A stretch of DNA of 64,000 nucleotides. Source: the human T2T-CHM13v2.0 reference genome, Homo sapiens. A program made the position numbers and the translations under genes. Below, in pieces: positions 27,274-42,429 of the stretch (position 1 is its first letter; the number at the start of each line of letters is the position of its first letter). The DNA lies in assembly GCF_009914755.1 (NCBI RefSeq), contig NC_060929.1; one strand, given 5' to 3'. Under the pieces are notes generated by a model that saw only the letters and a list, made by a program, of their open reading frames with translations, was not told where the DNA came from and did no database searches.

Positions 27274-27340
27274 ATTTTGTTTCTGTAACTCATAAGACAT
27301 TATGACAATTTTAAGACATTATGAGTTACAGAAATAAAAT
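27274..27340. repeat. 22-bp inverted repeat (hairpin) with 23-nt loop
   Basis: ATTTTGTTTCTGTAACTCATAA and TTATGAGTTACAGAAATAAAAT: 21/22 Watson-Crick pairs plus one G:T. Confidence 0.9.
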
Positions 27341-28438
27341 CCAAGAAATCTGCACACTTTTAAAAAAGCCTTCAGGATAAAAGAGAAAATTTTACACCAT
27401 TTCAATCAATTATGCTCAAGGATTCTTATTTTCAGATGTCAGTGTTTATACTCAGAGCACCTTCCCCCAAATGTAATACTCAGACTCAACTGTAGTAGCA
27501 TAATGCCTAAAATACTGTATTTTTTTTCTGAGGTCATCATCTAATAGGGCAACAATGGCAATTGGAGCTTTTGGTTTACAAAGATGGAATTCATACTCTC
27601 ACAATGTCAAAATCATAAAAATGAATCATTTAATATTCCCTAGATAAAATACTGTCATTTATACCAGAATATTATATATAGTTTGGACATCTCGAGTCAC
27701 CAGTAAAGTCGTAATTGTGTTAAACTGTTATTTTAAAAATTCTCTTTTCATATTTTTACAAGTAACATTAAAACTTGCTGATTGTCATGGGGACATATAG
27801 CAGTTTACATTTTCTTTTAATTATATTTCTTCTAAATGGAATGCTTAGGAAGACATGTATCATGGCCAATTTTAAATGCATGCTGAAATTTGCTTCTGTT
27901 TTAATATTTTATTTATACTCAAAAATTTCTTTAGTAGGATAAGCTTTCGAAAGACATAACAACATTGAAAATACTTTTTGAGAAGGCAAAAATTTGACAA
28001 TTTATCTTGATATAGCATATCATATCAATATTCCAGAAATGGTATATTTTGCTATTACCATCCCCTCAACAGAAGAGTTAAAATGCATTATCATATTTAC
28101 ATGAACCAAAATTTAAAACCACTTATGTGGATTCTAAAAGAACCCTATGCATACAGCAAGCATTCAATACATGTTCTGATGAATATAAATAAATGAAAAA
28201 GAAAATAAAGGACTTTTAAATTGCATAAGAAAATAGAAAATTAGGCTATTATCTAGACAGAGAACTTAGTCTAATTATTTTTACAATCATTTTCCAAATA
28301 AAATATATTAAGCTATAATGAAATATCACTAAAATAACTTTAAAATATATTTTAAATGACACACACAAAATATATTAGTTTTATTAAAAGTCTGAGATAT
28401 AAACATTTAAAAAATAAACTTATATTTGATAACTTAAA

Positions 28439-28661
28439 ACAGTGAAGTCTCATACAAAAGTATCTTGTACTTTATTCATCCCTGAAGCAAATTTAGCTAT
28501 TTTTCTAAGTATATTGATTTGAGGTATTGCCTAAAAAGTATTAGATAATACAATGAAGTCTAATACAAAAGTATTTTTTGCTTTATTGATCCCTGAAGTA
28601 AATTTAGCTATTTTTCTAAGTATATTGCTTTGAGGTACTGTCTAAAAATATTAGATAATAC
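28439..28661. repeat. Diverged ~111-bp tandem duplication (2 copies)
   Basis: TGAAGTCT at 28443 and 28554; both units continue ATACAAAAGTAT...ATCCCTGAAG.AAATTTAGCTATTTTTCTAAGTATATTG.TTTGAGGTA...TATTAGATAATAC. Confidence 0.92.
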
Positions 28662-31600
28662 TCACGTTAACTTTACTACACTCTATTCTATTAGAATGTA
28701 ATGATAAAGTTTTTTTTTACAATTTCTACAAAGGTTACTTTCAACTGAAAACTAATAAGGTGAGGGTATGTTACCTAATAAATTCCATTTTTAGGTAAAG
28801 AGATTATTAAAACAAAAGTAGGAGAATTCTAATGAATGTGAGGTGTTATTTCACTTAAAAGCATCATTTTCAAACTTTACAGAATTGTCCTTCTAAAAAC
28901 CAAACTTTCCTCCATGTTTAAAAAAAATGTAAGAGCTATTGTATAAAGAAATTAGGAGTGAAGAAGTTGGGAATTTATCTTCTAAGAATGCTGCTAGAAT
29001 GAACGAGACGTCTTACATTTCAAACTTCAGAATCTGAAATTTTTTTCTGACAAAATAACAAAAGCTTTTTGAAAGGCCTTCATAAAAGAAAGCCACACTG
29101 ATAGAGAAATTGTGAATAAGAAGTATACCTATAAATTTTCAAATATATTTTAATTATATAGCAAAATAATTGAATATTAAGAAAAATCATTACTTAATGA
29201 CATATCACAAGAAGTTATTTGCTATGGAAAATATTTAATGGACATATGAATAAGTTTCCCTTTCCTAATGTGCCACTTCAGTGGAGAATAACAGTTAGTA
29301 ATTTTAAGAGATAATTAATGTCAAAGTATGTACAAAACAGTTAACTCTTAAGTAATAGCACCGCTGAATAAATGAAATTGAATTGAGATGTATGATTAAC
29401 TTGTCAATTATTTTTATTTTATGAATGAACCAGAATTAACAAAGGTAAAAATGGACAATCTTGAAAAATGAAAAAAAAATGTTATTGATCTCTACAAACG
29501 TATTATATCTACAGAGCATTAAACTCATGTTCCCTAAAATCAAGCTCTCATGCTCTATCCTAAAACAAACCTTTTTATTTCCCCATGATCACCTCTGCCC
29601 CCTGCTGCCCATAAATTAGTTATAGTCTAACATTTAAAAATAGAATTGGTAAGTAAAAACTATAGGAGGTATAATATAAAACTAATTTACTATTTTCAAA
29701 AGCCTAAAATAATCCTCTTGAAAAAAATTAAGGTTTCCTTTTCCTATTAAAATTTTCAGTTTTTTTGTTGAAAATATGAAAGCCCCCCTACTTAAATTAA
29801 AATATAGAATAAAGAACAAAACCAATGTAATTCTTTTTCTACTGGATATTATATAATTGTATATAACAATATTTTAAGTCTTAAAGAGGGTTTTAAAAAT
29901 TTTTGCAGAGAAAGATAATTATCTATTATTAACAAAATGACTAATTCTTAGCTATACAAATTTATTGTGATGAAAAAGATTGCACATAAACAGAATAAGT
30001 ATTAACTATAGGAATTATAAAAAAATCTAACTTCCTTACTTTTAAATATATTCAAACATTTGTAACTACATTGACATAGCTGTCTGCTAATACAGGTGCA
30101 TCTATTCTATACTAGCCATATATATATATATCACTGACTTCATTCATTTATTATATATTTATCACAATAAAATTAAATGACAAAACAAAATACAACTTTG
30201 TAGTAGACATACAGGGCAGAAAATAAACTTACATGTACTGATATACTTATTTACACATTACTCTTTATTACCTATTCTCTGATAAAGTATATTTCCATGG
30301 GGGGGCAATTATATAACTATATGATCTTCTTAAAGCCTTGAAAAACACATCTGATACAAAAGAATATAAAGACCAAAATGCTGAAAAAAGTATAGATGAA
30401 CATTTTTTTAAATGCAGTAACATATGTCCTTTTACAGTATGATTCTAAAAATGTTCAGAAAAAAATCTAAACTATTTAAGGTGCTTTAAACAAATATGTA
30501 GAGTATTTTATTGGGTAAACTACTTAGGTAAAATAAGCATTTTCCACATTGCTTAAAAAAGACAGCAAGAAACATGCCATAAATATTTTAGTAACAAAAG
30601 ATTTTAACAATACATACTATACTACTTTAGTTCTTCACAAGACATATCTGACCTGATCCGAAATAGAACATGATAAATACTGTTCAGATATAATATATGT
30701 GGTATTGTGACACATAACTAGCACAAAAGCTCTTTCTTTAATCAAGCAATCATAATTGTCAAGGCATATACAAAGAATGAGACCTAAAATACAGTTAACA
30801 TTTTAAACTACAGGGAAAAAACACATTATTTCATATGCTATGCACTCAAGAAGACATTTATATTGCAATTTTCTTACTGCTATTGTGACAGGGGAAAAAA
30901 TTCTAATAGCTTCAGAATCATATGTATTCAGCTTTTTTTTGAACATCTATAAAACATAAAAACAGTTTAATGTTCATTTCCTACAAGAATTCACATTCAG
31001 AAGAGAGTCATCAAAATTTACTACATGTAAGATAAGTAATACTGACAGCGTTCTCTAGCTTAACATTTCCCCTGAATCCTCTCATTGTTGTTTAACATTA
31101 CTGTATACTGGAAGAGTACGTTTCTTTTTGTTACAGTGTGCTGACTTACAGCATTTAGAGCAATATTAAGTTCTCTTTAGGAATACAGAGAACTTTCTAA
31201 TACAGTCTGAAAAAATTCAAAGTAGAATCTATATTATGGAAATTAAGAATCTAGCAGCAATAATATAGGTTTTGAAACCACTAAATTTGTAGGTAAAAAG
31301 ACTCAGAATACTGTAAATTTCAATTAGACCCTTGCGATTGTTTTCCTTTGTAGTAATATATCGGAATACATTTTGTCAAGATTTCTTTAATCGAAACCAA
31401 AACCCACTAATATTTGTCTTGGATTATTCTCTTGAGATATTCACATATGTTACATGGAAGAAAGAAACTTAACAACTAGAAAAAAGCTTGAAAGAAGGCT
31501 TCTTTGGAAATCTATGAAGAAGTACACAGAATTATTGAATTAAAGCAAGAAGATCATTTCAATGCTTAGTGCATTCTAAAGCATTTATATCTAGCAAGTA

Positions 31601-31662
31601 GATGAGACAAAATAGGAAAAGGTTCACCTTTCTACAGTTCATGTTGTTTGTGGCATTAGTCA

Positions 31663-31702
<40 letters not shown>

Positions 31703-31711
31703 ACAAACACA
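31663..31711. repeat. (CA)n microsatellite
   Basis: Read directly. Confidence 0.95.
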
Positions 31712-34700
31712 TTTCATAGAAATCACACTCCTACAATGTTCTTTTTAATCCGTGTCTGAGATCTGAGTGATTGTATGTTACACTTCTCTTTCTTTGATCT
31801 TCCTCAGTACTCAGCTCACTGTTAACTGTCCTGGGTGGTCTCCCATCAGGGCTTAGTGATCAGTGTCCCTCTCTATTGGCTGCCTTCTAGGGATTCCTAT
31901 CAGCTGTATTCTTACATGCATCTGACAACTTTATTAGCTCACTCGGATTGTGCTTCAGAACATCTCCACAGCACATATACTCTTTCTCAAACAATCACAC
32001 TTTTGTAGTTGACACAGAACAAATAATTATATGAACACTTCAGCTGTTATACTCAATAATAAAGTCGAAATGAAGAGAAATTTCACATTATGTATAAGTC
32101 AGAGCTTAGTTTTCATGTTCAGACTAAAAAAATCAATTCTAGATTGATTTTTGTGTATATATCGTTATTGTCAGAGGATTAATTGATGAATTTTTCATTT
32201 GATGAGTCAGTTGGAATAAGCTCTGAGGCACTTAGTGAGCAGAATTCTAATTTACTCTGGTTCTTCACACTCTGCAGTAAACTCATCAATTTTGATATTT
32301 TATCATAATTTGCTTGCTCCCAAAATGTTCAGAATAAGGTTCCAACACAAAATGAAAGGTATTTAGTACTGTGAATATCTTTGTATTTCTAGGCTATGTC
32401 ATTAGTGTAATTTGGATTTTGAAAACTGATTGAACCCTTTTAAAAGATATTAAACCTCTGTCTGATTCAACGTGTCCATTTTGAGTTTTTATTTCATTAT
32501 GATCTAAATCTCCACTGTATAGCTAGTTTCCATCCACTTACCTAAAAAGTTCTGCAAAGCAAATATAATAACACTTCAAAAACACCATATTTATAACCTG
32601 ACAGTGTAAAATCACACATTAAAATTATGGAAATTTTATTTTGGTCCCAAAAAAGGCATATTCCCATGATAAACAAAAAAAACTTAAAAATCCTAAATAT
32701 TTTCTAAGAAATATTAAATGCATTTTATTGCCCAAATACCATACTTGCTAAAAAATTTAAAATTTCATAGTATACTTTCAAGTGCCTCACAAGAATAAAG
32801 ACAAGCAAATAATTCTTCATATTTCTTTTTCTTCTTCATATTCCTTACTGAACACAACATCTTAGAATATAGCTGTGTTTTCCAAAGGTAATCTGCCACA
32901 CCTCTAAGATCTTCTATGCATTTATTTTTCATGTAAAGGAAGACCATTTTTTTAAAAAAAAATTTAGCATACATATTACTTTGGAAAATTTAAGTTAATA
33001 AACAACTGTCATAACTAACTGTATCAAAGTTCTTTCAGAGATAATTTCTTCTCCCTCTGGAGTTTGCTTTTAGGTTATTCTTTTCAATAACATCTTTACG
33101 TTTATTATTTTCCCCATAGTCTCCTTTTTCTCTGTACTTCTGGTGCTAAGTCCTTGCCCTAATTCTAAGGCTGGTGAGAGCAGATGTGGCATATTGCTCT
33201 GATTCCCCACACTTAATCTTCCTAAAAGGGTCCCATATGTAGAGTTTCTATAGTCAAAGGGGCTGGAAAAGCCTCCTTCTGTGTTTAAACTAATCAACAA
33301 GATTTTCTGTCGGCCAGGAGAAAAGTCAGTTTTGATGCTCTTACTCTCCCAGTGCTGTGAACTGTCTTCACAGAACTATCAGCATCAAGGACAGGGAGCA
33401 AGGGGTCATGTTCAGCTAAGACTCATATAACCTCCTACTTCTCTATTCTTGCAAGCGTCCCCTTTTCTACCTCTATGACCTTGTCACTTTCCTTCATTAC
33501 TTTGTCCTCCTCGGATACTAGAGCCAATAACGATAGCATCTATACAAGAGAACAGCTTGGAGCATGAGCCGAATGAAAAACTGATTTCCAGTCAGTTTTG
33601 CTGTCCTATTGCTTACTTCCTTAGAAAAGGATAAAAAAAAGTCTAGATTATTTGAGCACTAACCATATCCTAAGTTCAGAACTCTCAAATAGCAGACTAA
33701 GATGGCATAATAAAATTCCCAGACAACTTTTGTGTTTAAGTAATTTTCTTTGGGTTAGTTTATATCAGTTTTTTAATATTCACTTTTAAGCCTATGTAAC
33801 AAACTAAAATTTATGGTTGCTGGTCCAATATAAACTTCTACAAATTTTATGCTAAAGCTAAATGTGAAAGAATATTCCTTGAAATTATTATAGTGATTAA
33901 ACTATTATAACATTGAATAATTTTAATCACACCAATTTAATGCAAAATGAGTTTAATTAATAATACAATAGACAGAGCTTGGTTTTAGAGTGTGAAATAT
34001 CAAACTACACCCTCAAGATCAGTCTAGATAAAATATTCTCCTTTCTGTGACCTAGAACATCCTTCCATGGAAGATTCCTATTACAATCCCGCAGATTTAG
34101 ACTACTCTTCCTACTCAAGATAGTGAACAAAGAAAGTCACAGTAGACAAACTAAACTCTGAAAAATCTGCTACATCTTATTAGCTGTCTTAAAAGGCATA
34201 AATAATGATCAAGGAGGGTTTGGGAATCTGTAGATTTTCCTTGTTAGTAACACTTTGAATTCTGTAACCATGGCTAATATAGAGCTATGAGTACTCCATA
34301 TGAAAATAATGTTGTGAGGTGAATAGGAAAACTGGAAAATAAGATTCTAAATTTTCCCTTAAGTTATAGTAATCTATGCTGTAATGTAAATGTTTATAAA
34401 GTTTAACAATGTTGAAAGTGTCAGTGAGAATTAATATTTCTTAAGTTATATGCAGTTAAAATGTGAAATATGGCATCCAAAATAGTACTATCTTATTCAA
34501 AATAAATTGTTTTTGTGAGTGCTTGATTAAATAGTGAGAGAGTGAACAAAGACTGAATTTGAAATTACTTAATTTATCTGAAAATTACATTTGGATGGTC
34601 TAAGTAAAGCACTTAAATAATTAAACTATTAGAATAAGATACAGTATCTTATCAGAAATACATAGAAGCAGAATAAGAAATCATAACTCCTTTTATCTGT

Positions 34701-34812
34701 AAAATACTAAATTAATTTATATCCCAAATCCGGAATAAAATAAATTTCATAATTTTTTACCTAATCTAGATCTGTATAAAAACTCATTGATACAGCAGAG
34801 CAGGTGGTATTC

Positions 34813-34877
34813 TGAATAACTGAGGGTTATTAAGAATAACTTGTGAATAACTGAGGGTTGTTCAGAAGAACTCGTGA
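34813..34877. repeat. 31-bp tandem duplication, diverged
   Basis: TGAATAACTGAGGGTTATTAAGAATAACTTG / TGAATAACTGAGGGTTGTTCAGAAGAACTCG. Confidence 0.85.
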
Positions 34878-35317
34878 AAATCTTTCCTACAACGTGTTAC
34901 CCTCCCTCATATAATGCTGCTTCGATAATCAGGGTCATCATTACCGAACATTGAGTAATTAACCCATTATTTTTATGCTATAAACGTGAATGGAACGAAA
35001 TACTAGACTGAATATGGTAGAGGCCAAGGGATCCTTATGAAATTTGTTTTCTTGATATTCACCTCTTTCCCATAAATGTAAAAGGTAGAGGAAAAAAGTA
35101 GAAAGATTCCGTATCACATGACATGGTTACTCTTTTTACTAAATCGTTTACAGAATTAGTAACTTTCTACTTTGGTGTTCTGCTATCATCCATTACACTG
35201 TCTTCCACACTCTATCAATGACCACAAGTTTTTCAGTTGCATTCAAAGTTTCCTTTATTTGTACTGGCAAACCAAGCAATTGGGCTCTTCATTGGCTTGT
35301 TTACCTTTATGAGGTAA

Positions 35318-35336
35318 TACTGCCATCTTGTGGACT
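35318..35336 (-). promoter_or_regulatory. CTCF core motif overlapping a YY1-like AAGATGGC
   Basis: Minus strand reads AGTCCACAAGATGGCAGTA, close to the CTCF core CCASYAGRKGGCRS. Confidence 0.6.
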
Positions 35337-37049
35337 CAAAAATATTTCTAGTAAAGACCATCAAAGACAAGTTGCATTTTTCTAACTACAGGCATAAACA
35401 GGTATTCTGTGCCCTTGCTTTCACTTACTTCTGAGAATAATGCAGTATAGGATCCTAGAGCATACCAGATAATCAAGGTTTTACTCTATGCTGAACAAAG
35501 ACTTTTATTTCATCATATAATTCATCTATTCATGATCAAATTCTTGGTTGAAGCAGATAATCACAAAGATGTGGTTAACTGGGTCCAAAACACAGGTTCA
35601 TAAAACTTAAAAGAAGTTGTCATGGATCATGAAGAAATGAAATAAAACTGAAGATAATATAATAACTTTCACACAAACATATGAAACCCAAATATCTGAG
35701 AACCACTAATATAGGCAATGGTTATCATCTTGAAGAATGAGCTATCTTTATGATTTTATTAACTCTCTACTCCCTCCCTCAAATCCTCAATTAATACGTG
35801 TATATTAGGTTTGCCAAGTATGGACTTTAAAAGAGAATGAAGATGATATGGAAGAAAGATACTTCATGTTGGGTAGCAAGATCATAAAAGGATTCTATAT
35901 AGAAGCATTCCAGAAGAAAGATTAGGAAAGCTAGTGTGATGAGAAAGAGTTCTACCATGGCTGGATTATATTTTCATTTAATATTTGTTTCCAATACACA
36001 TATCTCTTTACCAGTATTCTCAATGTATTCAAGGTTTCCAAGTACAGGATGTTGAGCTGGATGCTTTCCATATCACAGTAAAGCTGAAGTATGGGTGTTA
36101 TCCCTATTTTGCAGAAAAGAAACGTTTCATCAGTCTTCACTATAGGTAATGACATATATCATTAAAAATAATTTAATTCGCTCTTGCAAGTAAGAGCATT
36201 AAATGTTATTATATAAACACACTCTCCTTCTATCATTGTGAATTGTGAGAAAAACTGATAGCACATAAGCATGAAAAACAGACAGAAGCAAACTGTCAAC
36301 CCGAAGAATTTTATCAGGGCAATAACTAAGTGAGAAACAGAAACTAAGAATTACTATTTAAATGCATTTTGGCATTTAGTTTTATGCCAAATAAAAAGCA
36401 AAGCTGCTATCATCAAGCATACATTTAAATTTAAAGTATGAAATGTATATTTACAATGTATTAAAACAGTGACTAATATTATGTATTATCTATGCTCTAC
36501 CAAGTTTAATAAGACAATTTAAATAGTATTTTCAACTGATGGCATTTATGCTTTAAAAATATGACCTATTTCAAGTGTGGTGTGAGGCAAAAGTAGAAAT
36601 ACATATTGGGTCAGCATTAATAGTCACATTTTGTTCCATCAGTTTGTAATTTCGAGAGTCTCTGTCTTGGCTTCTTCCAGCTCTGAGCATTAGATAGCTT
36701 ATGTAAATTATTAGCCCCCTTCCCTCAGAACCCCCTAAACTATGTACTTTCCTGACCTCAGTTAGTAACAGCAAACTAGAGGAAACATTCCATACAATGG
36801 GTGCTTTGTATGAACTCTCTACTCTGAGCAGATCCTAAAGGAACATTAAATTCAAGGAAAGCCTTCACTTTTCGAAATATTCATGGCAGAGGTCTTCCAA
36901 GATAGATACAGGTAATAACAAGGACAGGTAGCAGCAAATGAAATTTTACAAAGAAAAGTATAAAGAGGAAAAGAAAGCATGGGGATGTTATCATAAAAAG
37001 AAAATAGAGCCATAAGCATTTGGACTATTCCATTTGTAACATGAATAAA

Positions 37050-37490
37050 TAACTGCAGCTTACAAACATATTCTTTCCCTTCTTATAGTATCTCATTTAA
37101 TCCTCATTAATCTCAACAAAATAATGACAAATGTATGCGTATTATCTTCATTTCCTAATACACCTCAGAGAAGTTAAGTAACCAGCTCTAGGGCACAGTG
37201 GCTAGGGCTAGCATTTGAACTTGGGTTTGGTCTAACTCCAAATTTTAACCCCTACTGAATTCCCCACTAATAATGTTGATGATATTGCTACAGTGCAGTA
37301 CAGTTCATCTCATTTAACCCTCTGACTAACTCTGTAAAGGGGCATTATCCCCATTTTACAAATGAGAAAATGGATTCAGGAAGATCAAGTTATTTATCAC
37401 AATTCACATAGCTAGTAGGAGACAAAGGAGAAACTAGAAGCCAGATCAATTTATCCCAAATCCAGTGTGTTTTCTTGTACTCCAGTTCTT
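37050..37490 (-). mobile_element. Two adjacent MIR fragments
   Basis: atctcatttaatcctca...cagagaagttaagtaacc and attatccccattttacaaatgagaaaatgga...cacatagctagta. Confidence 0.7.
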
Positions 37491-37586
37491 TTTCTTCAAA
37501 AAATAAAAACACCTCATATAATGTTTTGCTTCATTTATTCAATCATCAAATGTTTGCATGATTGTTATGTATACTCTGTGTCATTA

Positions 37587-37935
<349 letters not shown>

Positions 37936-38450
37936 CAGTGGTTCTTTCAACATTTATAATGTATTTCCTTGTCCCATTTCCCTGTACCAGCCCCAAAATG
38001 TGGTTGCTTTTCAAGACTCAGCCCTCAACCCTCTGATGTCCTCTATTCTTTCTTAAGCCACATTTATAGTTTTAACTTGTCCCTTTTTGTTAATGACTCT
38101 CAATGTGGTCCTAATTTCATACCTGAATACCATTTCTTTATTCCTAAGTTTATATAAAAATAATCTCCTTTTTAAATACCTGTTTTCTCAAACTGAACCA
38201 ATCAACAACTAAACTCACCAGTGTATACTCAATACAATAATCTACCTTTCCAACTTTTGTCAGTGATAGTACAAGTGTCCTGCTCTTGTCCAACAAAAAA
38301 TATTACAATTACAGAAAGGAAGTAGTGGGGAGAAATTGTGTATACGCATGTGTAAACACATGTGTGGGAAGAAGTGATGTCCACTTATTAGATGTAGGAC
38401 ATGAAGAAGTAACTTAACTTTACATTCATAAAGTAAGTGGGAAAGACTAA

Positions 38451-38764
<314 letters not shown>

Positions 38765-38880
38765 CCAAATTTCAAACTCTGTGTTCTCAGAGTCCCGTAT
38801 TGCTTCCTGTATTTGGTCACTAAGTACTAAAGTTTATTTTCTTTCCCAATTTCTCTGACTTCTTCCCTGATTCTATGAAA

Positions 38881-39160
38881 CAGTGATTCTTAACCTTGGC
38901 TGCACATTGCCATCACCTGGGATGCTTTAAAATACACTTATTCCCTCGTCAGCTCCCTTCCCCCAGAAATTCTGATGTAATTAGTCAAAAGTGAAACTTG
39001 AACAGTGGGCAGTGGTTCCCAAACTCTGATGTACATTACAATCACCCGTAAAACATTAAGCACTCCAAATTTAATCTCAGTGTTTGGTGGTAGGTATCAG
39101 GCATTAGCATTTTTCAAAGATTCCACAGGTAATTCCAGTGTCAGCAAAGTTAGGGAGAAA
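38881..39160. mobile_element. MER5-type (hAT-Charlie) fragments, two adjacent
   Basis: CAGTGATTCTTAACCTTGGCTGCACATTG..ATCACCTGGGA and CAGTGGTTCCCAAACT...ACATTACAATCACC. Confidence 0.7.
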
Positions 39161-40249
39161 ACAAAGTCTGGGGAAGCAGCAATGTTTTAGATATAAATTT
39201 ACTTCAACTGTGTACGAATTCAATCACATATATTGTTGGGATAAGAAAGGAGGACTTGAACTTAGGGTCTAATATATTTTTATATATTTATATAAAGATT
39301 TCAAAACTTTTATAAAGATTTGGTAATTATCTCTTTAATAATTTGACTTACCTGTAAATGACACTAAAAATAATTTATTTAATTAAATTTACTGTCAAGT
39401 TTCTAGAAGAGAGAAGAATCAATTTTTTAAATAGTGTATTATTTTAGAATATTTTGGTAAAGTAGATTAGCAAAGATTTTTTTGATTGTATAAAGTGGTA
39501 ATATAAGTTTTATTTCATTGTAGAATAAGGTACATAGACCATGAAGGGAATTGTAATTCTTAAGATGAAAATTGGAGAGCACGGTAACATATCTTAGGCA
39601 ATTGTGATTGGCAATCATTTATAGCCCAAATGGTCGTTAGCTTTGTAAGTTTAGGTTATTAATTTGAACATTAGTATAATTTCTAGTCTTCGCCAATCTT
39701 TTTGAATTTACCCAGCTCAGAGCACTCCAATTTCTATTAGGTATCTCAAACTGCTGGAATATAAAGATGACATATATAAATACTTCTCATCCTTTTCCTC
39801 CTTTTTACTATAAGCAAGTGGGAGGGGGAAAGTAAAAACTCATGTCTCTTTCAAATGAACTTTATTTTAGAAAGTTGAATAAAAGTTTAATGAAACATCC
39901 TTACTTAGACAACTCTTTTCTAGACAAAGGTACAAGGCTTGTATTGAATGTTTTCACAAATTGATTATGAGCTTATTTTTCACACACCTAAATCTCCATA
40001 AAGTGTACATTTGCTTTATTTTTTTCTTGAGACTCTATAGAAAAAAATATATTTCTATATAGGAATTATAGTATACGATCTGTAATACATCAGGTCAATT
40101 AAAATTAAAAATCCACAGGATTCTCTGTTGTTTTATTGAAGAATAAAATAAACCACTATAGTACACAGTAGTATAAACCACTATATACTATAGCTTTAGG
40201 GCTCGTGCCTGGATCATAGGTACTGGCACATTGTTTGCGTAGTTAGAGT

Positions 40250-40400
40250 AATAATAAAGACTAAGTGCTGACTCTGTGCCAGGTGTGTCTTAAAATATTT
40301 ACATGGATTATTTCACATAACTTCATAACGAGCCATAGAGCTCATACTGCTGCCATCTTCCCTTTTCAGATGAGGACACAGGTTTAGCAGTGTTAACACA
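40250..40400 (-). mobile_element. MIR fragment
   Basis: ctctgtgccagg...acatggattatttcacataacttcataac...cccttttcagatgaggacacaggtttag. Confidence 0.65.
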
Positions 40401-42429
40401 GACCATAATTTTGTGTGACAGAATAAGATAAACATACCATTGACCCTTGAACAATATGGGTTTGAACTGTGTGGGTCCACTTATATGCAGAATATTTTGA
40501 ATAAATATATTCAAAAAATTTGGGGGGACTTGTGACAATTTCAGAAAACTTACAGATGAATTGCATGGCCTAGAAACATCAAAAAAATTAAGAAGTTAGG
40601 CATGTCATGAATGCATAAAATATATGTAGATACCAGTCTATTTGATCATTTAATACCATATAATATTCACAAATATATTATAGAAAATTAAAATTTATCA
40701 AAACTTATGCACACAAGCACTTACACACCATACATGGTACCATTCACAGTTGAGAGAAATGTAAACAAATGTAAAGATGCAGTATAAAATCGTAACTGCA
40801 TAAAATTCACTGCAGTTCATACTGCAGTGCTGTAATAATTTCGTAGCCATCTCCTTTGCTATTGTGTGCTCAAGTGTTGTGAATGTCCCCTTAAAATGTC
40901 ATGTAATACTAATCTGTGCGAGCAGTTGTCTCTTCAGTAAATTGCATATCCCAGTAAAAAGTGATTTCTCACTGTTCTTGCATATTTTTCATTGTGTTTA
41001 GTGTAATACCGGAAACTCTGAATAACACCATGAGACTCATGAAGTGCCACTAGTGATGCTGGAAGTGCTCCCAAGAAGCAAAAAAAAGTCATGACATTAC
41101 AAGAAAAAGTTAAATTGCTTGATATATACCATACATTGAGGGCTGCAGTTGTGGTTGCCCACCATTTCAAGATAAATGAGTTCAGTGTAAAGACCATGTT
41201 AAAAAAAAAAAAAAAAAAAAGGAAATTCGTGAAGCTGTAGCTACAGCTGTGCCAGCAGGTGCAAAGCCCTTCACTGTTTGCAAAATTCCTTTTCATCTCA
41301 TATTGAAAATGCAGCTTTTATGTGACTGCAGGATTGCTATAAGAAAGACATACCTATAGATTCTTATATGATTTGAGAAAAGGCAAAGTCATTACATGGA
41401 AACTTAAAGGAAGGTGAAGGATCTAAAGCTGGAGAATTTAGTGCCAGTAAAGAGTGGTTTGATAATTTTAGAAAGAGGTCTGGCTTTAGAAATGTCAAGA
41501 TAAGAGGAGAAGCAACTTCTGCCAACCAAGAGGCAACGGACATGTTCTCAGACGCCATTAAGAAAATCATTGAGAAGGAAGGATATCTGCCTAAACTGGT
41601 TTTTTAATGCAGACAAAAGTGCCCAATTCTGGAAAAAAAAAATGCCACAAAAGACATTTATTAGTAAGGAAGAGAAGTGAGCACCAGAATTTAAGGCAGG
41701 AAGGCATAGGCTAACTCTACTGTTTTGTGCACATGCATTCAGGTTTATGATCAGGACTGTTCTCATCTATAAAGCTGCTAATCGTTGAAGGAAAAAGATA
41801 AACACCAGCCGCCTGTTTTTTGGTTGTACAACAAGAAGTCCTGGAAAATGAAAACACTTTTTCCAGATTGGTTCCATCAATGCTTTGTCCCTTAAGTCAG
41901 AAAGTACCTTGCTAGTAAGGGACTGCCTTTGAAAGTTCCTTTGTTATCGGACAATATCCCTAGCCATCCAGACCCCCAAGAGTTCAACACTGAAGATGTC
42001 GAGGTGGTCTACTTGCCCCCAAATAAAACATCTCTAATTCAGTCTCTAGATAGGGGTTCATAAGGACTTTTAAAGATAATTACACATGGTACTTTATAGA
42101 AAGCATTGTCAATGCCATAGAAGAGAACCCTGATGAAAGATTATGAATTTCTGGAAAGATTACACCAATGAAGATGCCATCATTGTTACAGAAAAAGCCA
42201 TGAAAGCCATCAAGCCTGAAGCAATGAATTCCTGCTGGAGAAACCTGTGTCCAGATGTTGTGCATAACTTCACAGGACTCATGAAAGAATAATTAGGGAA
42301 ATAATAAAGGAGATTGTGGATATGGGGGAAAAAAATTGAAGAGGCAGTGAAGGGTTTCAAGATAAGGATCTTGGGATATTCAAGAGCTAATAGACACTAC
42401 ACCAGAAGAATCAACAGAAAACAACTTGG

